Assembly: GCA_963816355.1 (NCBI GenBank)
Contig: CAWFKH010000003.1
Span: 96,001-160,000, forward strand
Length of the DNA stretch: 64,000 nt
Reading direction: 5' to 3'
DNA from: an uncultured Gemmatimonadales bacterium
GTDB lineage: Bacteria; Gemmatimonadota; Gemmatimonadetes; Longimicrobiales; RSA9
The notes beneath the pieces are model-generated. The model did no database searches, was not told the origin of the DNA, and was given only the letters and a program-made list of their open reading frames with translations. Below, piece by piece: positions 27,695-44,458 of this stretch. Positions within the stretch are counted from its first letter, which is position 1, and every line of letters starts with the position of its first letter. The translations under genes and the position numbers were made by a program.

Positions 27695-28981
27695 ATGCAC
27701 CCGGCCGCCCGTGCCCCCGTGGCACGGCTCTGCATCCGCTTCGCCATCGCCATGGCGCTCGCGCTCGCCGCGGCCGCGGCCGCGGCGCCTCCCGGCACGC
27801 CCGTGGCGAGCGGGCCGATCCGCCTGCACGAAGTGCGCGCCGTCGCGGCCGGCATGGACCCGGTCCGCCTGGCGCGCGTCGACTCGATCATCGAAGCGGG
27901 CATCGCCGACGGCGCCGCGCCCGGCGTCGCGCTCGCCGTCGGCCGCCACGGCCAGCTCGTGCGGCTGCGCGGCTACGGCCGCATCGACTGGATGAGCGAC
28001 GCGGCGCCGGTGACGGACTCGACGCTCTACGACCTCGCGTCGTTGACGAAGGTGCTGGCGACGACGGTCGCCGCGATGCGCCACGTCGACGACGGCGAGC
28101 TGTCGCTCGACGCGCCGGTCTGGCGCTACCTGCCGTACTGGCCGCGGAAGGGAAGGGCGGGCCGGATCCGCATCCGGCACCTGCTCACGCACACGTCGGG
28201 GCTTCCCGCCGGCTACGACCTGTGGGCGATCGACGGCGACCGGCGCGACCGGCTGCGTCGCATCGCGCGCATGGGCGTCCGCTTCGAGCCGGGCACGCGC
28301 ACGCTCTACAGCGACCTCGGCATGATCGTGCTGGGCGCGGTGATCGAGCGCATCCGCGGCGAACGCATGGATTCCTACCTGCAACGCCGCGTGTGGCGGC
28401 CGCTCGGGCTGCGCGAGACCGCGTTCAACCCGCTGCACCCGACGAACGGATCGCCGTTCGACCTCGACCGCATCGCCTACACGGAGGTCGACCACACCGT
28501 CCGCCACACGCACGTCCACGGCGTGGTCCACGACCTCAACGCGTGGGCGATGGACGGCGTCGCCGGCCACGCCGGCCTCTTCTCCTCCGCCCGCGACCTC
28601 GCCGTCATCGCGCAGGATCTGCTCGACGGCGCCCGCGGCCGCGAGAGCCGCATCGCGCGACCGCAGACGATCCGCCGCTTCGTTGAGCCGCGCGGCAACG
28701 GCCGCGCCCTCGGCTGGGACGTGCCCAGCGGCGCGCGCTCGCCCGCCGGCAGATTCCTTTCCGCCGACGCGTTCGGCCACACCGGCTACACCGGCACCAG
28801 CATCTGGATCGACCCGGAGCGCGACCTCTTCGTCGTGCTCCTCACCAACCGCGTCGATCCCACCGCCGCCAACGAGCGCCACAAGGCACTCCGCCGTGAC
28901 GTCCACGACGCCGTCGCCCTCGCCATCGCCGACGAGACGGTGGTCGCGCGCCGAGACGCCCGCGGCGAGGTGGGCCGGTGA
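27695..28981 (+). CDS. Secreted serine hydrolase (beta-lactamase/AmpC-like)
   Basis: Signal peptide; DLASLTK (SxxK), LLTHTSG, YSDLG, GHAGLFS, FGHTGYTG. Confidence 0.92.
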   Translation: MHPAARAPVARLCIRFAIAMALALAAAAAAAPPGTPVASGPIRLHEVRAVAAGMDPVRLARVDSIIEAGIADGAAPGVALAVGRHGQLVRLRGYGRIDWMSDAAPVTDSTLYDLASLTKVLATTVAAMRHVDDGELSLDAPVWRYLPYWPRKGRAGRIRIRHLLTHTSGLPAGYDLWAIDGDRRDRLRRIARMGVRFEPGTRTLYSDLGMIVLGAVIERIRGERMDSYLQRRVWRPLGLRETAFNPLHPTNGSPFDLDRIAYTEVDHTVRHTHVHGVVHDLNAWAMDGVAGHAGLFSSARDLAVIAQDLLDGARGRESRIARPQTIRRFVEPRGNGRALGWDVPSGARSPAGRFLSADAFGHTGYTGTSIWIDPERDLFVVLLTNRVDPTAANERHKALRRDVHDAVALAIADETVVARRDARGEVGR

Positions 28982-30379
28982 GGCGGGCGCTCCTCGCCTT
29001 CCTCACCCTCGGTGCGTTCCTGGCGGCCGCGCCCGCCGCCGCCCAGACGCTGCTCGTGCGCGGCGGCCACCGCTTCGACGGCGAGCGGATGGTCGAGAAC
29101 CGCGGCGTGCTCGTCGTGGCCGGCCGCATCGTCGCGCTGGACGACGACGCGCTCGCCGCCGCCGCGCGCCGTGGCGCGACCGGCGCCGACTCGCTCCACG
29201 TCCTGGCCCTCGACGCGAACGAGTACCTGCTGCCCGGTTTCTTCGACCTGCACGCGCACTACGGGATGGAGCTGCTCGGACGCCCCCGCGCCGACGAGAC
29301 CCGGGTCAACCCGGTCGTCTACCTGGCCAACGGCGTCACCGCCACCTTCCCGGCCGGCGAGATGAACCCGCACGCCATGGAGCGGCTGCGCCGGGAGATC
29401 GACGCGGGACGGCGCGTGGGGCCGCGCATCCTCGACTCCGGCCCCTATTTCGGCGGCGCGCGCCCCGGCTGGCTGGCCGCCGCGATGACCCCCGACTCGA
29501 TCTGCGCCGAGGTCGACTACTGGGCCGCCCACGGCATCCGCGGGCTCAAGGCGAAGCGCATCTCGCCCGCCGCGCTCGCGCCGCTGATCCGCTGCGGCCA
29601 CCGCCACGGCCTCACCGTCACCGGCCACCTCGACTCCGGCTGGCGCAACAGCGTCAACCCGCGCGACGCGATCCGCATGGGGATCGACCGCGTCGAGCAC
29701 TTCCTCGGCGGCGACGACTTCTCCGCCGACTCCTCCGCGTACGCGTCGCTCGTCAATTTCTCGCCCGACGTCGCCGGGCTTCGACCGCATCGTCCGACTC
29801 TACCTCTCCCGCCACGTCTACTTCGACGCCACCCTCAGCGCGTACGGCTACTACGGCGAGCGCGACCCGCGCGTCTACACGAAGTGGACGGACGAGATGA
29901 AGTACCTCGCGCCGTGGGTCCGGGACTCGATGGCGAAGCTGCCGCCGCGCCCGGTGAACGAGCAGTTCGAGCGGATCTACCGCGCCAAGATGAGGACCGT
30001 GAAGGGGTTCTACGACGACGGAGGCGGCAGCCTCCTCACGGTCGGCACCGACCACCCGAGCTGGGGCGAGTTCCTCGCCGGCTTCTCCATCCACCGCGAG
30101 CTGCACGCCCTCGTCCTCGCCGGAATCCCTCCCGCCGCCGTGCTCCGCGCGGCCACCATCAACGCCGCCCACGCCATCGGCCTGTCCGACCGCCTCGGCT
30201 CCATCGAAGCGGGCAAGTGGGCGGACTTCGTCGTCGTCCACGGCGACCCGCTCGACGACATCACGCGCACGCGACACCCCGCGCGCGTCGTGAAGGGCGG
30301 CGTCGTCTACGACCCGGCCGCGTTGCTGCGCGGCGTCGAGGCGAAGCTCGTCCCGCCGGAAGGGCCGGAGCGGGACTGA
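28978..30379 (+). pseudogene. Amidohydrolase family protein with one extra base near 29770 (real lesion or sequencing error)
   Basis: LPGFFDLHAH..VTGHLD..VEHF in one frame; removing one G gives ..PD-SPGFDRIVRLYL..GTDHP..HREL..AATINAA..GSIEAGKWADFV in the next. Confidence 0.82.
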
Positions 30380-30972
30380 CTAGGAAAGTCCGCCGCGGAT
30401 CAGCGCGAAGACGGCGTAGTTGAGCGTATCGAGGAGCTGCGCCTCCAGGCCTTCGGAGACGTCAGTGCGGCCGGCGTTGCGGATCATCGTCTTCATGCGG
30501 GCGGTGCGGCCGAGGATCTCATCCGTGAGGCTCGCGATCTCCATCTCCCGCCACGCCTCGCCGTAGTCGTGGGTCTTCTGCAGCACCAGCTCGAGACCGC
30601 GCTCGGCGTAGCCGTCGTACGTGGCTGCGGCGCGCTCCGCCGACCACCGCTCGGGCGGCCGGCCTTCCAGCTCCGGAAGCGTCTCCTCCTCAGGGTGCGC
30701 GAGCCGGTCGAGCGCGATGACCGCGTAGTTGACGACGCCGACGTACTCGTCCGACGTCGTGTCCGCGATGCGCCGCGCGTCCCCGAGCCGCTCGAGCTCC
30801 CGGATGCGCCGCGCCTTGATGTAGATCTGGTCGACGAGCGAGCCGAGCCGGAACATGCGCCAGGAGGGGCCGTAGTCCTTCAGCTTCGCGGTGAAGAGAT
30901 CCCGGCAGCCGCGCATGACGCGACGGTAGGACGCGGCCGTCTTCGCCATGCTCTCGGCCGTCGCGTCCTGGT

Positions 30973-30988
<16 letters not shown>
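30380..30988 (-). CDS. DUF1599 tandem-domain protein
   Basis: Two repeats: K.KDYG.SWR....S..DQI..KA.RI and KTHDYGEAWR.M...SLTD.I; D.LNYA. Confidence 0.85.
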
Positions 30989-37830
<6,842 letters not shown>

Positions 37831-37930
37831 GTCGTTTTACGTTTCCCCGTCCGCCCGCGTCGGTAGCTACGGAAGACGACACCGGCTCCCCGAACCCGAA
37901 CGGCGGCGATTCGCCGCAGGAGCTAGACCG

Positions 37931-38563
37931 ATGCGCCCGACGAAGCTCGCCGCACCCGTGCTGTTCGTTCTGGCCGTCGCGGCCGGCGGCTGCGACCGGT
38001 CCCCCGCCGGGCCGGCCGACGCCCTGACGGCGGACGAGCTGGCGGCGCTCACCATCGCCGACGAGGAGATCGCCGGCGGCGTCGTCTACGAGGAGATGGG
38101 GCTCTTCGGCCCCGCCGGTGCCCTGGCCCCGGCGGAGACGACCACGCGCAGCCGCGACTTCGACCGCGTCCGCGACTGCCCCGCCGGCGGCACCGTCGAG
38201 ACGCAGGGCACGATCACGCGCAGCGACGACGGCGCGGGCGCCCAGGAGTTCGACGTCGCCGCGTCGCGTACGCGGACCGACTGCGCGCACGCCCGGCGCA
38301 ACGGCGTCACGGTGACGGTGAGTGGCGGCTCCACGATCGAGGCGCACCGCAAGCGCGTGAACGGAGAGCCCGTCGGCAATCAGACGTCCAGCGCCTCCGG
38401 CCACTTCGCGTGGACCCGCACCGACGGTGACGTGTCGCGCAGCGGCGAGTGCGACTTCAGCATCGACGTCGTGCGCAACCCGGACTCACGGATGATGACG
38501 ATCACCGGTACGATCTGCGGGCGCGACATCGACCGCACGGTCGACTGGAAGCGCGGGACCTGA
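37931..38563 (+). CDS. Putative lipoprotein
   Basis: AGGAG RBS, lipobox AGGC, CPAGG motif and further Cys. Confidence 0.75.
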   Translation: MRPTKLAAPVLFVLAVAAGGCDRSPAGPADALTADELAALTIADEEIAGGVVYEEMGLFGPAGALAPAETTTRSRDFDRVRDCPAGGTVETQGTITRSDDGAGAQEFDVAASRTRTDCAHARRNGVTVTVSGGSTIEAHRKRVNGEPVGNQTSSASGHFAWTRTDGDVSRSGECDFSIDVVRNPDSRMMTITGTICGRDIDRTVDWKRGT

Positions 38564-38992
38564 CCTACCGCCGATCCACGCCGCGGGCCGCGCCGCGCCC
38601 CCCCGGCGCGGCGCGGCATTGCCTTCGGGAATCGGCGTGTCCCGCCGCTCGATCGCGATCCGCGCCCGCGCCAGCGCCGCCGACACCCGTTCGAGGTCGT
38701 GCCGTGGCGCGGCGACCAACGCCTCGCTGAGCAGGCCGGTGTCCACGCACGCGTCGAGGATCGCGGCGCACGCGGCGGCGGCGCGCCGCGCGCTGCGGTA
38801 GTCGTGGGCGCGTCGCGCCGGCCGCCGCTCGGCCGCCCCCCGCGCCACCCGCAGCGGCACCGCCAGCGACGCGCGGTGCAGCCGCTCTCCCTCCGGACGG
38901 CCCCGCGGGATCCGCCGCGCCACCGCCTGCACGGCGGCGTTCGCCTCGCGCGCGATGCGGTACGCCTCCAGCCGGTCGTGCTCGAACGCCAT
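38486..38992 (-). CDS. Four-helix-bundle protein (23S rRNA IVS protein-like), divergent
   Basis: MAFEHDRLEAYRIA...L.RAS..VPL.VA.G...AR..AA.CAAILD resembles the family pattern; 3' end overlaps the convergent gene. Confidence 0.65.
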   Translation of the reverse strand: MAFEHDRLEAYRIAREANAAVQAVARRIPRGRPEGERLHRASLAVPLRVARGAAERRPARRAHDYRSARRAAAACAAILDACVDTGLLSEALVAAPRHDLERVSAALARARIAIERRDTPIPEGNAAPRRGGAARPAAWIGGRSGPALPVDRAVDVAPADRTGDRHHP

Positions 38993-39179
38993 CGTCGTCT
39001 CGGTGCGGCCGTGTCGCTCCGGAACGGCTCGGCGGCGAGCGCCTGATGCTCGCCGGCGGGGCCGCCTCTCGCGGGTCCAGGATGGGCCGTGGGGTGGGCC
39101 GCCGCCATGGCGGAACCGGCCAGCGAGGTGCGCGCACCGGGCCGCTCCATTAGATTGAGACCATCGAAAGGGGGGCATC

Positions 39180-39425
39180 ATGCCAACCCGGATGGCGTTC
39201 TGCTCGGCGTGCGACCGACTCGTTCCCGTGGCGATGAAGCCGGAGGCGGTGCGGCGAGGCTCGACCGCCGTCGTCGACCCCGCCGACCTCGTCTGCCTCG
39301 ACTACGGCGTCCGCTGTACCGGTGCGCTCTGCCCGCTCTTCTCGACTCCCGCGGACGCCGGCGAGGATCCACCGCGCGTGCCGGCGGGGAATCCGTTGCG
39401 GGCCGCGCGGCCGATCATACCCTAG
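39180..39425 (+). CDS. Small Cys-rich hypothetical protein
   Basis: AAGGGGG RBS; FCSACDR and VCLDYG.RCTGALCPLF. Confidence 0.65.
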   Translation: MPTRMAFCSACDRLVPVAMKPEAVRRGSTAVVDPADLVCLDYGVRCTGALCPLFSTPADAGEDPPRVPAGNPLRAARPIIP

Positions 39426-39540
39426 CTGCGTCCATTCCCGCCGCCGTCCGCGCCACGCCCCGGGGCTGGCCCGCACCCTCCGCGCCGTTCTATTATTCAT
39501 CGGACCCTCTCCGGGATGTTCCTCGCTTCCCTCTGAGTCG

Positions 39541-41361
39541 ATGAAAGCCACGGACACCGCCGACCCGCGCTACTACCACCGCGTCGTCGACTGCCAGTGG
39601 GCGTGCCCCGCCCATACGGACGTGCCGGAGTACATCCGGCTGATCGCGCAGGGACGCTACGCGGACGCGTACATGCTGAACCGCGCCTCCAACGTCTTCC
39701 CGGGGATCCTCGGCCGCACCTGCGACCGCCCCTGCGAGCCGGCGTGTCGGCGCGGCCGCATCGACGAGGAGCCGGTCGCGATCTGCCGCCTCAAGCGCGT
39801 CGCCGCCGACCTGAAGGGGGACATCTCCGACCGGCTGCCGAAGGCGCCCGCGGAGCGCAACGGCCGCCGCGTCGCGTGCGTGGGCGCGGGGCCGGCGTCG
39901 CTCACCGTCGCCAACGACCTGCTGCCGCTCGGCTACGAGGTCGTCATCTTCGAGAAGAACGACCGTGCCGGCGGCCTCATGTGGTCGAACATCCCGCAGT
40001 TCCGCCTGCCGCCCGAGGTGCTGCGGGAGGAGATCGGCATGATCGTCGACCTGGGCGCCGACCTGCGCCTCAACGCACCGGTCACCTCGATGCGGGCGCT
40101 GCTCGAGCAGGAGGCGTGGGACGCCGTCTTCATCGGCTCCGGCGCGCCGCGCGGCAAGGAGCTCGAGCTGCCGGGCCGCTGGGACGATCCGGACCACATC
40201 CACATCGGCATCGACTGGCTCGAGTCGGTCGCCTTCGGCCACATCACGGAGATCGAGCCGCGCGTGCTGGTGATCGGCGTCGGCAACACCGCCATGGACT
40301 GCTGCCGTAGCGCGAAGCGGCTCGGCGGCACCGACGTCAAGGTGATGGCGCGCAAGCCTCGGCCGTACTTCAAGGCCTCGCCGTGGGAGCTCGAAGACGC
40401 CGAGGAGGAGGGCGTCGAGATCGTCGAGAACCATTCCCCGTCGCGCTACGTGGTCGAGGACGGCCGCCTCGTCGGCATGGAGTTCGACGTCGTGCGCTGG
40501 CGCGAGGATGCCGGCGGCCGGCTCCGCTCCGAGACGCTCGAGACGGTCGTGATCCCGTGCGACGCCGTGATCCTGGCGATCGGCCAGGAGGCCGCGTTCC
40601 CGTGGATCGAGCGCGACATCGGCATCGACTTCGGCGAGTGGGACATGCCGGTCGTCGACCGCGCGACGTTCCAGACGACGCGCCCCGGCGTCTTCGCGGG
40701 CGGCGACGCCGCGTGGGGCCCCGAGAACATCATCTGGGCGGTCGAGCACGGGCACCAGGCGGCGATCTCGATCCACGCCCACTGCGAGGGAGACCCGGTC
40801 GAGGAGCGGCCGCCGTACGGCATGAACCTGCTCAGCCGCAAGATGGGGCTGCACGAGTGGAGCTACAGCAACGACTACGACGCCGCCGATCGCGCCGCGA
40901 TGCGCCACGTCGACCTGCAGCGCCGCTTCGAGAGCCTCGCGATCGAGGTCGAGCTCGGCTTCGAGATCGAGCAGGCGGTGAAGGAGGTCGAGCGCTGCCT
41001 CAACTGCGATGCGCAGACGGTCTTCACCGATTCGCTCTGCATCGAGTGCGACGCCTGCATCGACGTGTGCCCCCTGAGCTGCCTCACCATCGGCGCCGAT
41101 GGCGACGAGGCGGAGGTGCGCACCCGGCTGAGCGCGCCCGCCACGAATCTCGATCAGCCCCTCTTCGCCTCCGGACCCCTGTTGCAGACCGGCCGCCTGA
41201 TGCTCAAGGACGAAGACCTCTGCATCCACTGCGGCCTCTGCGCAGAGCGCTGCCCCACGGCCGCGTGGGACATGCGCAAGTCCGAGCTGCTCATCCCCTA
41301 CGCCGGTCGACCCGCTCGCTCCGCGCGCCACCGTGACCCCGTACCGGCGTCCGCCGGCTGA
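39541..41361 (+). CDS. GltD/SudA-like FAD-dependent oxidoreductase with C-terminal ferredoxin domain
   Basis: CQWACPAH, GRTCDRPCE..C, GAGPA, G.GNTAMD, RCLNC, CIECDACIDVCP, CIHCGLCAERCP. Confidence 0.93.
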   Translation: MKATDTADPRYYHRVVDCQWACPAHTDVPEYIRLIAQGRYADAYMLNRASNVFPGILGRTCDRPCEPACRRGRIDEEPVAICRLKRVAADLKGDISDRLPKAPAERNGRRVACVGAGPASLTVANDLLPLGYEVVIFEKNDRAGGLMWSNIPQFRLPPEVLREEIGMIVDLGADLRLNAPVTSMRALLEQEAWDAVFIGSGAPRGKELELPGRWDDPDHIHIGIDWLESVAFGHITEIEPRVLVIGVGNTAMDCCRSAKRLGGTDVKVMARKPRPYFKASPWELEDAEEEGVEIVENHSPSRYVVEDGRLVGMEFDVVRWREDAGGRLRSETLETVVIPCDAVILAIGQEAAFPWIERDIGIDFGEWDMPVVDRATFQTTRPGVFAGGDAAWGPENIIWAVEHGHQAAISIHAHCEGDPVEERPPYGMNLLSRKMGLHEWSYSNDYDAADRAAMRHVDLQRRFESLAIEVELGFEIEQAVKEVERCLNCDAQTVFTDSLCIECDACIDVCPLSCLTIGADGDEAEVRTRLSAPATNLDQPLFASGPLLQTGRLMLKDEDLCIHCGLCAERCPTAAWDMRKSELLIPYAGRPARSARHRDPVPASAG

Positions 41362-41375
41362 TCGCGGAGACCCGA

Positions 41376-43406
41376 ATGCAGCAGATCCCGACGGAAGCAC
41401 GGGCCAACGGCGGCGGCGCTCGCCTCGCGAACCGGTTCGCCCTGAAGCTCGCGACTGTGAACGGCACCGGCTCGGCGAGCGCCAACTCGCTGCTCATGCA
41501 GGCGATCTTCCGCATGGGCATCCCGGTCTCCGGCAAGAACCTCTTTCCCTCGAACATCCAGGGGCTGCCCACCTGGTACGAGATCCGCGTGAGCGGCCGC
41601 GGCCACACCGCGCGCACCCCGCTCTACGACCTCTTCGTCGCGATGAATCCGGCGACGTACGCGCGCGACATCGCCGAACTCGTGCCCGGCGGCTGGCTGC
41701 TCCACGACTCGACCTGGCCGCGCGCGTCCGCCCTGCAGCGACACGACATCCACTACCTCGGCGTGCCCCTCGCGGGACTCTGCAACGAGCGCTTCGACGG
41801 CGCCCGCGAGCGCATCCTGATGAAGAACATCGCCTACGTCGGCGCGCTCGTGGCGCTGCTCGACCTCGACATGCAGGTGGTCGAGGGGCTGCTGCAGGAG
41901 ACCTTCGCGCGCAAGAAGGCGCTGCTCGACTCGAACTTCACCGCCATCCGGCTCGGCTACGACTACGCGCGCGAGCACTTCGAGTGCCCGCTGCCGATCC
42001 GGCTCGAGGCGATGGACGCCACGCGCGACCACATCCTGATCGACGGCAACACCGCCGCCGCCCTCGGCTGCGTATGGGCCGGCGCCACCGTCGCCGCGTG
42101 GTACCCGATCACCCCCTCCACCTCCCTCGTCGAGGCGTTCTCCGGCTTTTGCCGCAAGTACCGCCGCGACGACGACGGCCGCGCGCGCTACGCCATCCTC
42201 CAGGCCGAGGACGAGCTCGCCGCCGCCGGCATGGTGATCGGCGCGAGCTGGAACGGCGCCCGCGCCTTCACCGCCACCAGCGGGCCCGGCATCTCGCTCA
42301 TGGGCGAGTTCATCGGCCTCGCCTACTACGCCGAGATCCCCGCCGTCTTCTTCGACATCCAGCGCACCGGCCCCTCCACCGGGATGCCGACGCGCACGCA
42401 GCAGGGCGACCTGAGCAGCGTCGTCTACGCCTCGCACGGCGACACCAAACACATCGCGCTCTTCCCCGCCGACCCGAAGGAGTGCTTCGACTTCGCCGTC
42501 GCCGCCTTCGACCTCGCCGAGCGCTTCCAGACGCCCGTCTTCGTCGTCTCCGACCTCGACATCGGCATGAACGACTGGGTCGTGCCGCGCTTCGCCTGGG
42601 ACGACGCCTACCGCCCCGATCGCGGCAAGGTGCTCGACGCCGACGCGCTCGAGAAGATCGACAAGTTCTACCGCTACCTCGACAGCGACGGCGACGGCGT
42701 GCCGTACCGCACGCTCCCGGGAACGCACCCGAAGGGAGCCTACTTCACCCGCGGCTCCGGACACGACCGCTTCGGCCGCTACACCGAGGACGCCGAAGCC
42801 TACACGGACGTCGTCGACCGCCTGCTCCGCAAGCTGGAGACGGCCGCCGCGCACGTGCCCGCGCCCGAGGTCGTCCCCGCCGGTGCGGGCGTCGTCGGCC
42901 TCGACGCCGCCGCCGCGCGCCCCGCCTCCGGCAACGGGGACGCGGCGCAGCTCGCGGCCCCGATCGGCATCCTCACGCTCGGCGGCTGCCGCGCCGCGGT
43001 CCTCGAGGCGCAGGAGATCCTCGCGGAAGCCGGCATCGACGCGGACGTGCTCCGCATCCGCGCGTTCCCCTTCGCCGCCGAGGTCGCCGCCTTCTGCGAC
43101 GCGCACGAGCGCTGCTTCGTGGTCGAGCAGAACCGCGATGCGCAGCTGCGTTCGCTCCTCGTGCTCGAGGCGGGCGTGCCGCAGAGCCGGCTGGTCTCGA
43201 TCCGCCGCTACGGCGGCCTGCCGCTGAGCGCGGTGTCGGTCGTCGAGGACGTCGTCGCCGTGCTCGCGGTGCCGCCGGACGCGGTGCCGTTCCTGCGGTG
43301 GCGAGCGGGCGATCCCGCGCACGAGGGCGCGCCGCCGGAGCCTGGCGTGCCCTCGACGGAGGAGCGCATGGCCCGCGGAGGCCGCGTGAAGGGAGAGCGC
43401 GCATGA
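41376..43406 (+). CDS. korA: 2-oxoacid:acceptor oxidoreductase subunit alpha
   Basis: NGTGSASAN, FPSNIQG, WYPITPST, QAEDE, TATSGPG, QRTGPSTGMPT. Confidence 0.93.
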   Translation: MQQIPTEARANGGGARLANRFALKLATVNGTGSASANSLLMQAIFRMGIPVSGKNLFPSNIQGLPTWYEIRVSGRGHTARTPLYDLFVAMNPATYARDIAELVPGGWLLHDSTWPRASALQRHDIHYLGVPLAGLCNERFDGARERILMKNIAYVGALVALLDLDMQVVEGLLQETFARKKALLDSNFTAIRLGYDYAREHFECPLPIRLEAMDATRDHILIDGNTAAALGCVWAGATVAAWYPITPSTSLVEAFSGFCRKYRRDDDGRARYAILQAEDELAAAGMVIGASWNGARAFTATSGPGISLMGEFIGLAYYAEIPAVFFDIQRTGPSTGMPTRTQQGDLSSVVYASHGDTKHIALFPADPKECFDFAVAAFDLAERFQTPVFVVSDLDIGMNDWVVPRFAWDDAYRPDRGKVLDADALEKIDKFYRYLDSDGDGVPYRTLPGTHPKGAYFTRGSGHDRFGRYTEDAEAYTDVVDRLLRKLETAAAHVPAPEVVPAGAGVVGLDAAAARPASGNGDAAQLAAPIGILTLGGCRAAVLEAQEILAEAGIDADVLRIRAFPFAAEVAAFCDAHERCFVVEQNRDAQLRSLLVLEAGVPQSRLVSIRRYGGLPLSAVSVVEDVVAVLAVPPDAVPFLRWRAGDPAHEGAPPEPGVPSTEERMARGGRVKGERA

Positions 43407-44458
43407 CCTACATCGCCAAGCCCCGCGTCCACCACCCGGGCCTGCAGAAGAACGCGCTCGGCCTCACGCGCCGCGACTACGAGGGCTCGATGTCGACGCT
43501 CTGCGCCGGCTGCGGCCACGACTCCGTCACCGCCGCGATCGTCGAGGCGTTCTGGGAGATGGACGTGCCGCCGCACCGCGTCGCGAAGCTCTCCGGCATC
43601 GGCTGCTCCGCCAAGACGCCCACCTATTTCCTCGGCGGCGCCCACGGCTTCAACGGCGTGCACGGCCGCATGCCCGCGCTCGCGACCGGCGCCGCCGCAG
43701 CGAACCGCGAGCTGCTCTACATCGGCGTCTCCGGCGACGGCGATTCGCTCTCGATCGGCATCGGTCAGCTCTGCCACGCGATCCGTCGCAACGTCGACAT
43801 GCTCTACGTGCTCGAGAACAACGGCGTCTACGGCCTGACGAAGGGGCAGTTCTCCGCCTCGGCCGACGTCGGATCGCGCAGCAAGCGCGGCGAGGTGAAC
43901 CGGCAGCAGCCGATCGACCCGGTGACGCTCGCCTTCAGCCTCGGCGCCACCTTCGTCGCCCGCTCCTTCTCCGGCGACAAGGCGCAGCTCGTGCCGATCC
44001 TCGAGGCGGGCCTCGCCCACCGCGGCTTCGCGCTCGTCGACATCATCTCGCCCTGCGTCACCTTCAACGACCACGAGGGCTCCACCAAGAGCTACCGCTA
44101 CACGCGAGAGCACGAGGTCGAGATCGTGCACGCGGACTTCGTCCCGCTGCGGCGCGAGATCACCACGACGTACGAGCAGGGCGACGTCGCCGACGTCCGC
44201 ATGCACGACGGCAGCGTCGTCCGCTTCCGCAAGGTCGCCCCCGGCTACGATCCGACGGACCGGGAGGGCGCGCTGCGCTTCCTGCGCGAGCGCCAGGCCG
44301 CGGGCGAGGTGCCGACCGGCCTGCTCTACGTCGAGGAGGGCGCGCGCGACATGCACGCGGAGCTCGAGACCGTGGATGCGCCGCTGGCGACGCTGCCGTT
44401 CGAGGATCTCTGCCCCGGCCGGGACGCCCTCCACGCGCTGCTCGACGGCTACCGCTGA
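43403..44458 (+). CDS. korB: 2-oxoacid:ferredoxin oxidoreductase subunit beta
   Basis: LCAGCGH, SGIGCS, HGR, SGDGD..NNGVYGLTKGQ TPP motif, SPCVTFN. Confidence 0.95.
   Translation: MTYIAKPRVHHPGLQKNALGLTRRDYEGSMSTLCAGCGHDSVTAAIVEAFWEMDVPPHRVAKLSGIGCSAKTPTYFLGGAHGFNGVHGRMPALATGAAAANRELLYIGVSGDGDSLSIGIGQLCHAIRRNVDMLYVLENNGVYGLTKGQFSASADVGSRSKRGEVNRQQPIDPVTLAFSLGATFVARSFSGDKAQLVPILEAGLAHRGFALVDIISPCVTFNDHEGSTKSYRYTREHEVEIVHADFVPLRREITTTYEQGDVADVRMHDGSVVRFRKVAPGYDPTDREGALRFLRERQAAGEVPTGLLYVEEGARDMHAELETVDAPLATLPFEDLCPGRDALHALLDGYR

Noticed and set aside
38486..38992. Diversity-generating retroelement (Avd-like gene)
   Set aside because: No reverse transcriptase and no TR/VR repeat pair in the window.
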